NCBI GenBank assembly: GCA_015055705.1
Contig: SVHR01000001.1
Coordinates: 1-54,309 of the forward strand
Source of the DNA: Clostridiales bacterium
GTDB taxonomy: Bacteria > Bacillota > Clostridia > Christensenellales > Pumilibacteraceae
Direction of reading: 5' to 3'
Length of the DNA stretch: 54,309 nt
The translations under genes were made by a program, and so were the position numbers. The notes beneath the pieces are model-generated. The model made no database searches, was not told where the DNA came from, and worked only from the letters and a program-made list of their open reading frames with translations. Of the stretch, positions 1-8,207 are shown in pieces (within the stretch, counting starts at the first letter, position 1; every line of letters begins with the position of its first letter).

Positions 1-291
1 GGTTACGTCGAGGTGGGAGAAAGCTTCGAGGACACCGTTAGGCGCGAAGTGATGGAAGAGGTAGGACTTAAGGTAAAAAATATCCGCTACTACAAAAGTC
101 AGCCGTGGCCGTTTACCAATACTCTTCTTGCGGGATACTTTTGCGAGGTGGATGGAAGCAGTGAAGTTACCGTGGACCAAAATGAGCTGTCTACCGCGGT
201 ATGGCTTGCCCGTGACGAAATTCCCGAAATAAGCACTGTTAGCCTGACGGGGACAATGATAATGGCATTCAAAAGAAATGATATAGTATAG
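1..291 (+). CDS. NUDIX hydrolase, NADH pyrophosphatase (NudC)-like, C-terminal part; the 5' end lies outside the window
   Basis: Frame 1 is open from base 1. GYVEVGESFEDTVRREVMEEVGL fits the Nudix box GX5EX7REUXEEXGU. The downstream SQPWPF motif is typical of NudC-type enzymes. Confidence 0.8.
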   Translation, partial: GYVEVGESFEDTVRREVMEEVGLKVKNIRYYKSQPWPFTNTLLAGYFCEVDGSSEVTVDQNELSTAVWLARDEIPEISTVSLTGTMIMAFKRNDIV

Positions 292-367
292 TAAAAACGT
301 GACTACGTATATAGGTTTTTGTGTTTAAGCCTTATAATAATATTACGGTATTCTAACGGAGGTTGTT

Positions 368-3300
368 ATGGACAGAGCAAATTTGCTCAATGGAAAAATT
401 GAGTGGCTTTCTAAATATCTTAAGAGTAAAGAGTTGGGCGCGCTACCAAGCCTTTATGAATTCGGCGTGTCCGCTATAACAATGGGGGAATCGGGCAGTT
501 ATTATTTTTTTCAAAAAATATCTCCCAACGGTGAAATATCTAACGCAACTATTTCGTCAGACGTGGATTTTGCAGAGTTACTGTACTGGGAAGCATTCCT
601 TAGAGCCGGGGAGTTAAAGGCAAACGCATACGAGCATAATGCAGGTTATACTGAGCTATTAATAGAAAGGTATAGCAGCTACCATACCCGTCTTTTCTCA
701 CAATCGCTTGCGACCTTGGGTTACCGTGCCGTACCAATGGACGAGCGCGATTACGGAATTCTATCAAAAAGCCAACACTATAGTGATATAATACAAAACG
801 ATAGGCAGATATGCTTTTCTCAGCCCACGTTACCTATAGAGATGCTTGCTCAGCATGAGCGCGATCGCAAAAAGGCAGAAGCGTTATTCAACAAGGGTAT
901 GACTTCTAAAAAGGAAGGAAAGAGAGAAAAATATCTGTTAAAGTCGGCTGAATATACGTATTCTCCTGCGTACACCGCGCTTGCCCAGCTTTATGAAAGG
1001 ATGGGGAAAAAGGACGAGGCTATAAAGTGGCACGAAAAAGCGGCAGAAGAGCCTTATTTTAGGCTTGAGTCCTTAAAGTGGCTTGCTGAATTTTATAAGG
1101 ATACCCAAAAGGAAATAGAATACCTTGAAAAAATTGCTGACTATTATAGTGTGTTTGAAACACCTGAGGACTATTTTTTTGTGCCTGAGTACACAAGGAT
1201 ACTTTTCCGCATAGCAAAAGGTCTTGTCAGTCAACTAAATGAGCAATACACAAATAGTTTGCCGCTTGAAATAAATAAAGCCGAAAAAGCAGAAAAATGC
1301 TTTGTGACGATAATAAGCCTTGGCATGCCTGCGGACGAGGCGGACGAAAGTGAGCTTTTGAATCAAGCAAGACTTATGTATGCAAGGCTTCTTTTTGAAG
1401 GCGAAATTATTCCTAAGAACGAAAGACTTGCTTATACACTTTATAGGTTAAGCGCCTCGGTCGATAAAGACCTGAGTCAGCGCATGGAGCGATACAGAGA
1501 GGAGGAGTTAGTTAGGCTTGATGAGATTCTTACCCGTAGGATAAATAAGGATTATAAATGGCTGTTAGAGCTAAAAGCTAAGCATGATGCATACCTAAGC
1601 GCTAAGAAGCTTGAGGATATAAAGGCGAAGAAGGAGGCAGAGGAAAAGGCAGCCCATGTAGAGGCTTTACGTATAGAGGCGGAAAAGAAAAGCAAGGAGG
1701 ATTTGGAAAAAAAGCAAAAGGATATTCAGCAAATGCGCGACTCCTTTAAGCTTTGCGACAACGCTGAGTTTGAGCGTCCGAAGGGCGGCAGAACAAGCAC
1801 GCACGAAAAAGCCGTGGAGCTTTATAAAAATGCTCTTAATGCACAAGAAGAGCAAGATATTTTGCATATACTTATGGAAGCATCAAAGCTGGGACATCCA
1901 AAGGCGATGGCATCGCTTGCGCATTATTATACCAACAAGGATAACAAAAAAGCAGGCGAGTGGATGCTAAGGGCTCTTGATGCAGGTTGTGGTATGGAAG
2001 CAGTTAAGGGAGTTGATCCGGGCCTTGATTTTGACACAGCGTTTGCTTATGCGAATGATTATTACGGGAAAAGCCAACATGAAAAATGGTCCTATGGAAT
2101 GATTGGTAAAGAGGCGCTTAGCAATTTTGCTCAAAAAAAGCTCACCGCCGAGCAGCTTCAAAGAATGATAGACGCGGCAAATCAGGGACATGTTTTTGCG
2201 TTGGAAATAATGATACCGTACCTTAAGCGAAGCGACAGCGCGATGGCAACCGAGTTTACCTATATGCTTGCAGAGAAGGGAAATGCCGATTTAATAAAGG
2301 ATATTATAAAAAAGAATGGCGATGTTTCAGCTAACAGCTTGCCCAGATACGTTAGATTCTTGCAGAGTGATCGTGTAAAAAAACAAGACGTTGCAATGTT
2401 TCAAATTGCGCTAATGCTGATAGACGAGGAAATTGCAAATAAATTTGGTGTGAGATATTCACCTGAGGACGGAGTTAAGATGCTTCACAGGATAGAAAAA
2501 ACCAAGGAGCACGGACTCAAAAGAAGGGTGCATCTTGCGCTTGGTGAGGCATACCGAACCGGAAAAGGTGCCGAGCAGTCAATGTGGATGGCGGCACAAT
2601 ATTACGGAAAGTACGATCCGGCGCTTGCTAAGGAATGCCTAAGCAAGCATTTTTGCCAAAGTGCAGGTCAACAATATGAAAGCCGTCAATTGGAAAAGGG
2701 AATGGAGTGGCTAAAAAAATATCCGTGCCCGGAGCTTGAAAGAAAGCTTGCGTTAAATTCAACCAAGGCAAAAAATATCATTTTGCAATACGGAGAATGT
2801 GCTGATAAGATAACCGAGCAGGAAATTATCGAGAGAGATAGATTACTTAAATTGGGATTTTCCATCGAAGAGCTGTATGACCAAAAGGGCTTCTTTAATG
2901 CGTGGAAAATGCAAAAACAAATTGAAAAAAGGCAAGCTGCGTCGGATACCGCAGAGGTAATAGAAAACGTTAAATCCATTGATACAAGTATAGAAAGCGT
3001 AAGGCCGGAGCAATCTGCAAACACCGAGGGCACGGTGAATATTGTATTTTACAGTGACTTTAAGGAGGACCCAAGGACGACGAGCAGAGATTGGTATACG
3101 CCTATTCGAGAGGAAAATGATATTCAGAGGTCAATATTAAAAAGAGAAAGAGAACGACTGAATAAGCCTGATATGGCGACGAAAATTCTTTTTGCGGTCG
3201 AGCGTGTAGTTGTCAACGGTGAGCAGGTAAATAGTGAGGTTTTCTTTGATCATCTTACCTTAACTCTTAAGCCGGGTATATACAACATTCAGGTTCGTTG

Positions 3301-3676
3301 CTATTGCAAGTATTATTTTGCCGGCTGGCACCCAGGGGACGGCATAGAAATTGACCGTTGGCCCGATTACAGACCGAAGGACGTTGCAAAAAATGTGCGA
3401 AAAACTCTTGAGCTGACGGTTGAGGTTAAGCCCGGCAAAACGCATTATTTAGGTTATTTTGTGCGTATGTATGGGGAGTGGGAGGATTATTATAACTTAA
3501 TCGGCTTATTTAACCATAAATATCTAAAAAAGGTAGATGTAAATTTTAGCTTTGATGAGTATCAAAGCGAGAAGGCTTTATTAAGAAAAGTAAATTCATA
3601 TTCTATCAGGGGTGGCTTTATCACGTTGGAGGATATCGGTAAGCCCGAATATTCAATTCCTGAGTTTATGGTTTAA
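368..3676 (+). CDS. Large (1102 aa) cytoplasmic Sel1-like/TPR repeat protein with a central coiled coil and a beta-rich C-terminal domain; function unknown
   Basis: GGAGG lies just upstream of ATG 368. There is no signal peptide or TM segment. Sel1-type repeats include AYTALAQLYERMGKKDEAIKWHEKAAEE, GHPKAMASLAHYYTNKDNKKAGEWMLRALDAG and HLALGEAYRTGKGAEQSMWMAAQYYGK. A K/E-rich heptad stretch lies around aa 400-470. Confidence 0.75.
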   Translation: MDRANLLNGKIEWLSKYLKSKELGALPSLYEFGVSAITMGESGSYYFFQKISPNGEISNATISSDVDFAELLYWEAFLRAGELKANAYEHNAGYTELLIERYSSYHTRLFSQSLATLGYRAVPMDERDYGILSKSQHYSDIIQNDRQICFSQPTLPIEMLAQHERDRKKAEALFNKGMTSKKEGKREKYLLKSAEYTYSPAYTALAQLYERMGKKDEAIKWHEKAAEEPYFRLESLKWLAEFYKDTQKEIEYLEKIADYYSVFETPEDYFFVPEYTRILFRIAKGLVSQLNEQYTNSLPLEINKAEKAEKCFVTIISLGMPADEADESELLNQARLMYARLLFEGEIIPKNERLAYTLYRLSASVDKDLSQRMERYREEELVRLDEILTRRINKDYKWLLELKAKHDAYLSAKKLEDIKAKKEAEEKAAHVEALRIEAEKKSKEDLEKKQKDIQQMRDSFKLCDNAEFERPKGGRTSTHEKAVELYKNALNAQEEQDILHILMEASKLGHPKAMASLAHYYTNKDNKKAGEWMLRALDAGCGMEAVKGVDPGLDFDTAFAYANDYYGKSQHEKWSYGMIGKEALSNFAQKKLTAEQLQRMIDAANQGHVFALEIMIPYLKRSDSAMATEFTYMLAEKGNADLIKDIIKKNGDVSANSLPRYVRFLQSDRVKKQDVAMFQIALMLIDEEIANKFGVRYSPEDGVKMLHRIEKTKEHGLKRRVHLALGEAYRTGKGAEQSMWMAAQYYGKYDPALAKECLSKHFCQSAGQQYESRQLEKGMEWLKKYPCPELERKLALNSTKAKNIILQYGECADKITEQEIIERDRLLKLGFSIEELYDQKGFFNAWKMQKQIEKRQAASDTAEVIENVKSIDTSIESVRPEQSANTEGTVNIVFYSDFKEDPRTTSRDWYTPIREENDIQRSILKRERERLNKPDMATKILFAVERVVVNGEQVNSEVFFDHLTLTLKPGIYNIQVRCYCKYYFAGWHPGDGIEIDRWPDYRPKDVAKNVRKTLELTVEVKPGKTHYLGYFVRMYGEWEDYYNLIGLFNHKYLKKVDVNFSFDEYQSEKALLRKVNSYSIRGGFITLEDIGKPEYSIPEFMV

Positions 3677-3736
3677 TTTTATAAAAATCGTTGCGGTAAA
3701 GAGGTGTACAATAAACCAAAAGGCTTGGAAACAAAT

Positions 3737-4678
3737 ATGGACGAGAAGCTGCAAAAAATAAAAAATACTGAGCAATATAGAAAGGTTACAAAAAAGACCG
3801 ATACGTATGTGCGTTTTTTGCGCACAAGGGTGGCTCCGCATATAGCAAGCGAGCTTGGCGAGGAGATGGTTCAGTTTGCTATGGGTCGCAGAGTGTTCTC
3901 GTCTGTTCTTAAAAAGCTAAGGCGCGAGTATTTTACGGGCAAAGTGCCGTCATCTAATCCCGAGCTTCACTTGGTTATCGCGCAGTCAGGCGGCGGCAAG
4001 AGCGAGCTTAGAAAAATGCTTTTAGAGGGCAAGGATATGCTTTCGTTTAATACCGACGATTTCAAACGCCGGCATCCTTTGTGCAATGCTTTGCTTGCTG
4101 CCGAGCCTACCTTGTTTGGCGCGTTGACAGGGCTTGATTCGTATCTGCTTTGCGAAAGACTTTTTGACGAGGCAATTCAAAAGGGCTTTAGTGCGCTTAC
4201 CGAGATTACACCGTTGCCTAACGACCTGTTGGGCATAAACGTAGCTGATATCCAAAGCAAAGGGTATAAGGTTACCGCCCACGTGCTTGCAGTAGGCGAG
4301 GTGAACAGCTTGCTTGCCATTCACGAAAGGTACGAGCAGGCTTTGGCATTAGGTGCGCCTTGCCCCAAGCTGACAGATTTAATCAGAGCGCTGGACTCGG
4401 TTAAGGCAACGGAGCTTGCTCTTAAGCAGCTTATTCGTGAAGGGGTAGAGGTTAAGCTTTACGCAAGACAGGGCAATACCGTAATACACGTTCCGTGCAA
4501 AAATGAGGATACGTATGCCCGTTTTTTGGAGCTTAGACAGCAGGATAGGGCGCAGGCCTTGCCGACAATGGAGTATAGAATTGCCGCATTACGTCAAAAA
4601 ATGAAGGAAAGAAATGCCCCTAATGAGCAAGCTTGTCAGCTTGAAAAAATTTACAAGCTATTACTTGAACAAAAGTAA
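3737..4678 (+). CDS. Zeta-toxin family P-loop kinase-like protein
   Basis: The Walker A-like LVIAQSGGGKSEL is followed by SFNTDDFKRRHP, comparable to the zeta IDGDxFRxxHP segment. KGYKVTAHVLAVGEVNSLLAIHERYE resembles the zeta core. The start is uncertain: the track gives GTG 3704, which sits inside the AAAGAGGTG Shine-Dalgarno, so I prefer ATG 3737. It lies 27-60 nt after the Sel1 gene and is probably co-transcribed. Confidence 0.7.
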   Translation: MDEKLQKIKNTEQYRKVTKKTDTYVRFLRTRVAPHIASELGEEMVQFAMGRRVFSSVLKKLRREYFTGKVPSSNPELHLVIAQSGGGKSELRKMLLEGKDMLSFNTDDFKRRHPLCNALLAAEPTLFGALTGLDSYLLCERLFDEAIQKGFSALTEITPLPNDLLGINVADIQSKGYKVTAHVLAVGEVNSLLAIHERYEQALALGAPCPKLTDLIRALDSVKATELALKQLIREGVEVKLYARQGNTVIHVPCKNEDTYARFLELRQQDRAQALPTMEYRIAALRQKMKERNAPNEQACQLEKIYKLLLEQK

Positions 4679-4680
4679 AT

Positions 4681-4710
4681 GAAAAAAACACCTGTTCGGT
4701 GTTTTTTTTC
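4681..4710. terminator. Bidirectional rho-independent terminator between the zeta-like gene and the convergent XRE gene
   Basis: A-run, stem ACACC/GGTGT with a 5-nt loop, then T-run (aaaaaaacacctgttcggtgtttttttt). Confidence 0.6.
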
Positions 4711-4747
4711 ATTTCATATATTTTTTATAGCAAGATAGGATTTGCAT

Positions 4748-4960
4748 TTAATATTCCTTTCTGCCGCAAACTATATCGATGCTAACGCCAAAATAATCTG
4801 CAATTTTCCAGCATTCGATGATGCTTGGCTCGTTTAGGCCCTGCTCCCAACGTGATAGGTTTGCTTGACTTGTTCCAATTTCTTTTGCCAGCTCGCGTTG
4901 AGAGAGCTTTCTTTCTTTCCTTAATTCTAAGATTTTGTTTTGCTTAAAGCTATATCCCAT
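4748..4960 (-). CDS. XRE-family helix-turn-helix transcriptional regulator (70 aa)
   Basis: LSQRELAKEIGTSQANLSRWEQGLNEPSIIECWKIADYFGVSIDIV is a canonical HTH_3/Cro-C1 motif. Confidence 0.9.
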   Translation of the reverse strand: MGYSFKQNKILELRKERKLSQRELAKEIGTSQANLSRWEQGLNEPSIIECWKIADYFGVSIDIVCGRKEY

Positions 4961-4969
4961 ACAATAAGT

Positions 4970-5022
4970 TTATACAAATATGTATAAAAATACTTGACTT
5001 ATACAAATTTGTATCATATAAT
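4970..5022 (+). promoter_or_regulatory. Consensus sigma-A promoter for the lipoprotein operon with two palindromic operator-like sites
   Basis: The promoter is TTGACT (4994-4999), a 17-nt spacer, then TATAAT (5017-5022). TTATACAAATATGTAT (4970-4985) and TTATACAAATTTGTAT (4999-5014) are 15/16 identical. The second contains the perfect 14-nt palindrome ATACAAATTTGTAT and fills the promoter spacer. Confidence 0.6.
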
Positions 5023-5070
5023 ACGTTTATTAACAGTTCTATTAGAACTACTTTATTTATGGGAGGGAAA

Positions 5071-6873
5071 ATGAAGAAAGCTTTTTTTGTATTATTGTTA
5101 TCACTTGTTTTGGCTTTTTCGCTTCTTGCTTGCGATAATGGTAGCGGCGGTCCTGACGACGGTACGCAGCCAACAGGTAGTTTTACCGTAACATGGATTG
5201 ATGAGAATGGGAATACTATTTCGTCAGATACAATAGACGCGGGAAGCATTCCCACATGCAATTATACAGTAGAGGACACAGTGGAATGGGACTATACCCT
5301 TGAGGGCTGGGCGACCTCGGTTGGCGGTGATGTGCTTTCGGCAATTCCAGCAGCCGATGCAAACGCTACATATTACGCCGTGGTAACTGCCGTAAAGCAA
5401 AAATATACTGTTACCTTTAATACAGGAGGAGGAAGCAATGTGCCTTCGCAAACGGTAGAGTACGGCGAAATCCTATCATTACCAGAGACGCCTACTTATG
5501 ACGGACATAGGTTTGTAGGATGGAGCTACGATCAAAACGGCATGGAAGCTGTAGATTTTAATAAAGCAATAACAGCTAACGACGAATATTTTGCTATTTG
5601 GAACGAGGTGGTAGATGCGAAGGCATTGCTTGCATCACTTCTTTCAGGATATAGTCTTAATCCATGGTCGTTTATTCCCGAATGCATGCGCTCAGATTAT
5701 GCGCAAAACGTGGTGCAATCTAATGAGATTATACAGGACTATTCCAGCTTTATTGATACCGCAAGCATAGTTTACGGATTTGGTGAGCAGTGGCATATGG
5801 TACATGACAATTTAGAACAGTCCGAAGCATTTTTTTATGTTCTCAACGTTATAGACACGGTCGCCGCTTCTTCTATTACGGCATTCAACAATTATTTTGA
5901 CAGCAATCCTGCGGATACAGCGCGCCATACTTTTATGAACGGTAATTATGATATTACCATAGATTTAAGTCAAGAGTTTATTACTTACGTGATTGAATAC
6001 TCCGCCACACTTCCTATTTTTGGTGAGCAGTCTATACAAATTGCGCTTGCCATGCACATAGAGAGCGGTGAAAGGATAGGTAGAATTCAGTTGGGTGACG
6101 CTAACGCCTTAGCGTATAAATTCAGCGAGAACTCGTACGAATTTGCCATCAAATATCTTGGGGTAAGAAGAGCGATGTTTTCGATTGAAAGAACGAACGA
6201 CGGTGTAAATGGCAAGATTTATGAATATCTTACTGTTTCATCCTCAGAAATAGGAAGCTGTGCAGAATTTTATATTACCGATAATTATGTGTCCGTGGTC
6301 GGCAACAAGGCAGACAATATGATAGGATTTACGGGTTACATAAACGAGCTTTATGACGCAACAAACGGACGTATGCTTGGATACGAGGTTAAGGAAACGC
6401 TATCTTCAATAGTATATAATACTCTTTGGTTTAACATTAGCGATATTGCAGGTATAAGCTCTATAAAATATCAGCCGGCAAGCGAAGATGCGGAAGCTAC
6501 TGTATATACCAACAATAAGTCCACGGCTTGGGAAAATAAAAAGGTCGGAGGAATAGGTGTTAAGATGCTATCCCGTCGCTATGATATAGAGTTTAGAACG
6601 CAGTACGTATATTCCTACGATGTTCAGAGTGGTAAATACGTGGAGCATAAAATCCAAGTGCCGATGCTTTTCGTTCAGGAGGAAAACTACGGTACGCTTG
6701 TTGATGACATAGAAGAAAAAAACAATATCAGCATAGTTATTACGCTTTCAAACGCACACATAGAAAAAATAATGCTTGATTATGATATTCTTATTCCCGC
6801 CTTCGAGCTTATAAAAGATGAGATGACGTCGCAGGAAATCGTAGATTACATCGGTAGCAAAATAGAATTTTAA
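5071..6873 (+). CDS. Lipoprotein with a Listeria-Bacteroides (InlB B-repeat / Flg_new) repeat and a large uncharacterised C-terminal region
   Basis: GGGAGGG lies 4 nt before ATG 5071. The signal peptide plus lipobox is MKKAFFVLLLSLVLAFSLLAC. YTVTFNTGGGSNVPSQTVEYGEILSLPETPTYDGHRFVGWSYDQNG is the typical Flg_new repeat. Confidence 0.8.
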   Translation: MKKAFFVLLLSLVLAFSLLACDNGSGGPDDGTQPTGSFTVTWIDENGNTISSDTIDAGSIPTCNYTVEDTVEWDYTLEGWATSVGGDVLSAIPAADANATYYAVVTAVKQKYTVTFNTGGGSNVPSQTVEYGEILSLPETPTYDGHRFVGWSYDQNGMEAVDFNKAITANDEYFAIWNEVVDAKALLASLLSGYSLNPWSFIPECMRSDYAQNVVQSNEIIQDYSSFIDTASIVYGFGEQWHMVHDNLEQSEAFFYVLNVIDTVAASSITAFNNYFDSNPADTARHTFMNGNYDITIDLSQEFITYVIEYSATLPIFGEQSIQIALAMHIESGERIGRIQLGDANALAYKFSENSYEFAIKYLGVRRAMFSIERTNDGVNGKIYEYLTVSSSEIGSCAEFYITDNYVSVVGNKADNMIGFTGYINELYDATNGRMLGYEVKETLSSIVYNTLWFNISDIAGISSIKYQPASEDAEATVYTNNKSTAWENKKVGGIGVKMLSRRYDIEFRTQYVYSYDVQSGKYVEHKIQVPMLFVQEENYGTLVDDIEEKNNISIVITLSNAHIEKIMLDYDILIPAFELIKDEMTSQEIVDYIGSKIEF

Positions 6874-6890
6874 TAAATGAGGTAAAATAA

Positions 6891-7316
6891 ATGAAAAGAC
6901 GTGTTAATGCTTTTGTGTGGAGTAGTATTTTTGCGGCGGTAATGCTTGTAATTGGCGTTGTTGTTTCGGTTAGCACTGGAAAATATTCAAACCTTGCTAT
7001 TTTTGGCGGTCTTGCACTTTGCGGCTTTGCCCTTATAATTTGTCTTATTTTAAAAAATAATTTTGTCGGCGAAATGATGGAAAATATTTTTGAGTGGGGC
7101 TTTGTGACAATGCCGGGATTAATTTTTACGCTTGATCTCGATGGCATAATATGGCTTCTTACCGTGAAGCTTCTGTTTTGGATATTGGGGATTATTCTTG
7201 CTAGTCTTTGCGGAATGCTGGCAATAGGAGTAGGGCTTATTGTATCAATTTTTGTAGCGCCCTATGCAATAATGAAGGAGTTTAAAGGCGGCGTAAAGCC
7301 AGAAAACGTACAGTAG
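6891..7316 (+). CDS. Small integral membrane protein (about 4 TM), unknown function
   Basis: It lies 17 nt after the lipoprotein gene, with GAGG upstream. Four hydrophobic segments are present, e.g. IFAAVMLVIGVVVSV and LFWILGIILASLCGMLAIGVGLIV. Confidence 0.7.
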   Translation: MKRRVNAFVWSSIFAAVMLVIGVVVSVSTGKYSNLAIFGGLALCGFALIICLILKNNFVGEMMENIFEWGFVTMPGLIFTLDLDGIIWLLTVKLLFWILGIILASLCGMLAIGVGLIVSIFVAPYAIMKEFKGGVKPENVQ

Positions 7317-7441
7317 CCCTTCATTATACTGATTTACCAACGTAAGGTAAGTTATGTAGCGCAAAAGGGCAGTCTAAGATAGGAATTGCTTAAGCTTGGT
7401 GAGCTTTACAAAAACAAAGGTCGCCAAAAACGGCATATCAA

Positions 7442-7469
7442 CAAAAAACACCCTCTAAGGGTGTTTTTT
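7442..7469. terminator. Bidirectional rho-independent terminator
   Basis: aaaaaacaccc tctaa gggtgttttttt: a 6-bp GC-containing stem flanked by an A-run and a T-run, between convergent genes. Confidence 0.65.
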
Positions 7470-7534
7470 TGAAACCAATAAAAATTATGAGATACAGTGT
7501 TATTAGCGCACAAAGCACGCAAACAATCCCGTTT

Positions 7535-7972
7535 TTACAAAAAGGTTTTAAGCGAGTCCACGAATTCCTCCTCGTGGCTGATTATTCTATCAACGATAGA
7601 GGTAAGCTCGGTATTTTCGACAGGGTACTCGCGGCGCGCTCTTATTGCGTCGGTGATTCCCATTGTCGTACCTCTAACCAGCATTTCGGACAGCTTGGCG
7701 GAGTCATTGTCCGTCAGCGTTTTCAGCTTGATGCTGACAAACGACATAGTCTTGGCTACGACGTCGACGTCGCTAAGCTTAACCTCGTGCTGCGAAGCAA
7801 GCTCCTGTATCTTTAGTGTAGAATCAAGGTAAAATTTGTTTTGCTTGCGCATAAGCTCAGCCAGCTTAGGATTTTCGATACGCTCCATAATGCAGTCGAT
7901 GGCGTAGCTTCCCATTCTTACGTTTTCATAAGCCTTGTTTATAAGACTGATAAAATTACTTTGGTGTTCCAT
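7535..7972 (-). CDS. Hypothetical all-helical cytoplasmic protein (145 aa)
   Basis: GGAGATA lies upstream of the ATG on the minus strand. The amphipathic helical sequence has no TM segment. No family was recognised with confidence. The two + strand ORFs 7469-7832 are its antisense shadows. Confidence 0.65.
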   Translation of the reverse strand: MEHQSNFISLINKAYENVRMGSYAIDCIMERIENPKLAELMRKQNKFYLDSTLKIQELASQHEVKLSDVDVVAKTMSFVSIKLKTLTDNDSAKLSEMLVRGTTMGITDAIRARREYPVENTELTSIVDRIISHEEEFVDSLKTFL

Positions 7973-8207
7973 AAATATCTCCTATATTTATCGTTAGCAA
8001 TTTTTCGCAGGAATATTCATGGGCGTGACGTGAGTAATAATTTGCGCCGAATTAACCATACAAAAGCATTGTTTCGAATTATTATTACACTTACTGATTA
8101 AGTTATTGTGCTATAAAATTTACAAATGCATATTGACAAAAATGCATAGATATGGTAGTATAATTATACAATGGTTATAATTTAATACTTTTAGCGGAGG
8201 AAAATGT

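Noticed and set aside
7469-7832. Two overlapping + strand ORFs of 115 and 111 aa
   Set aside because: They are antisense to the better-supported minus-strand gene 7535-7972. They start inside the bidirectional terminator and have no RBS.
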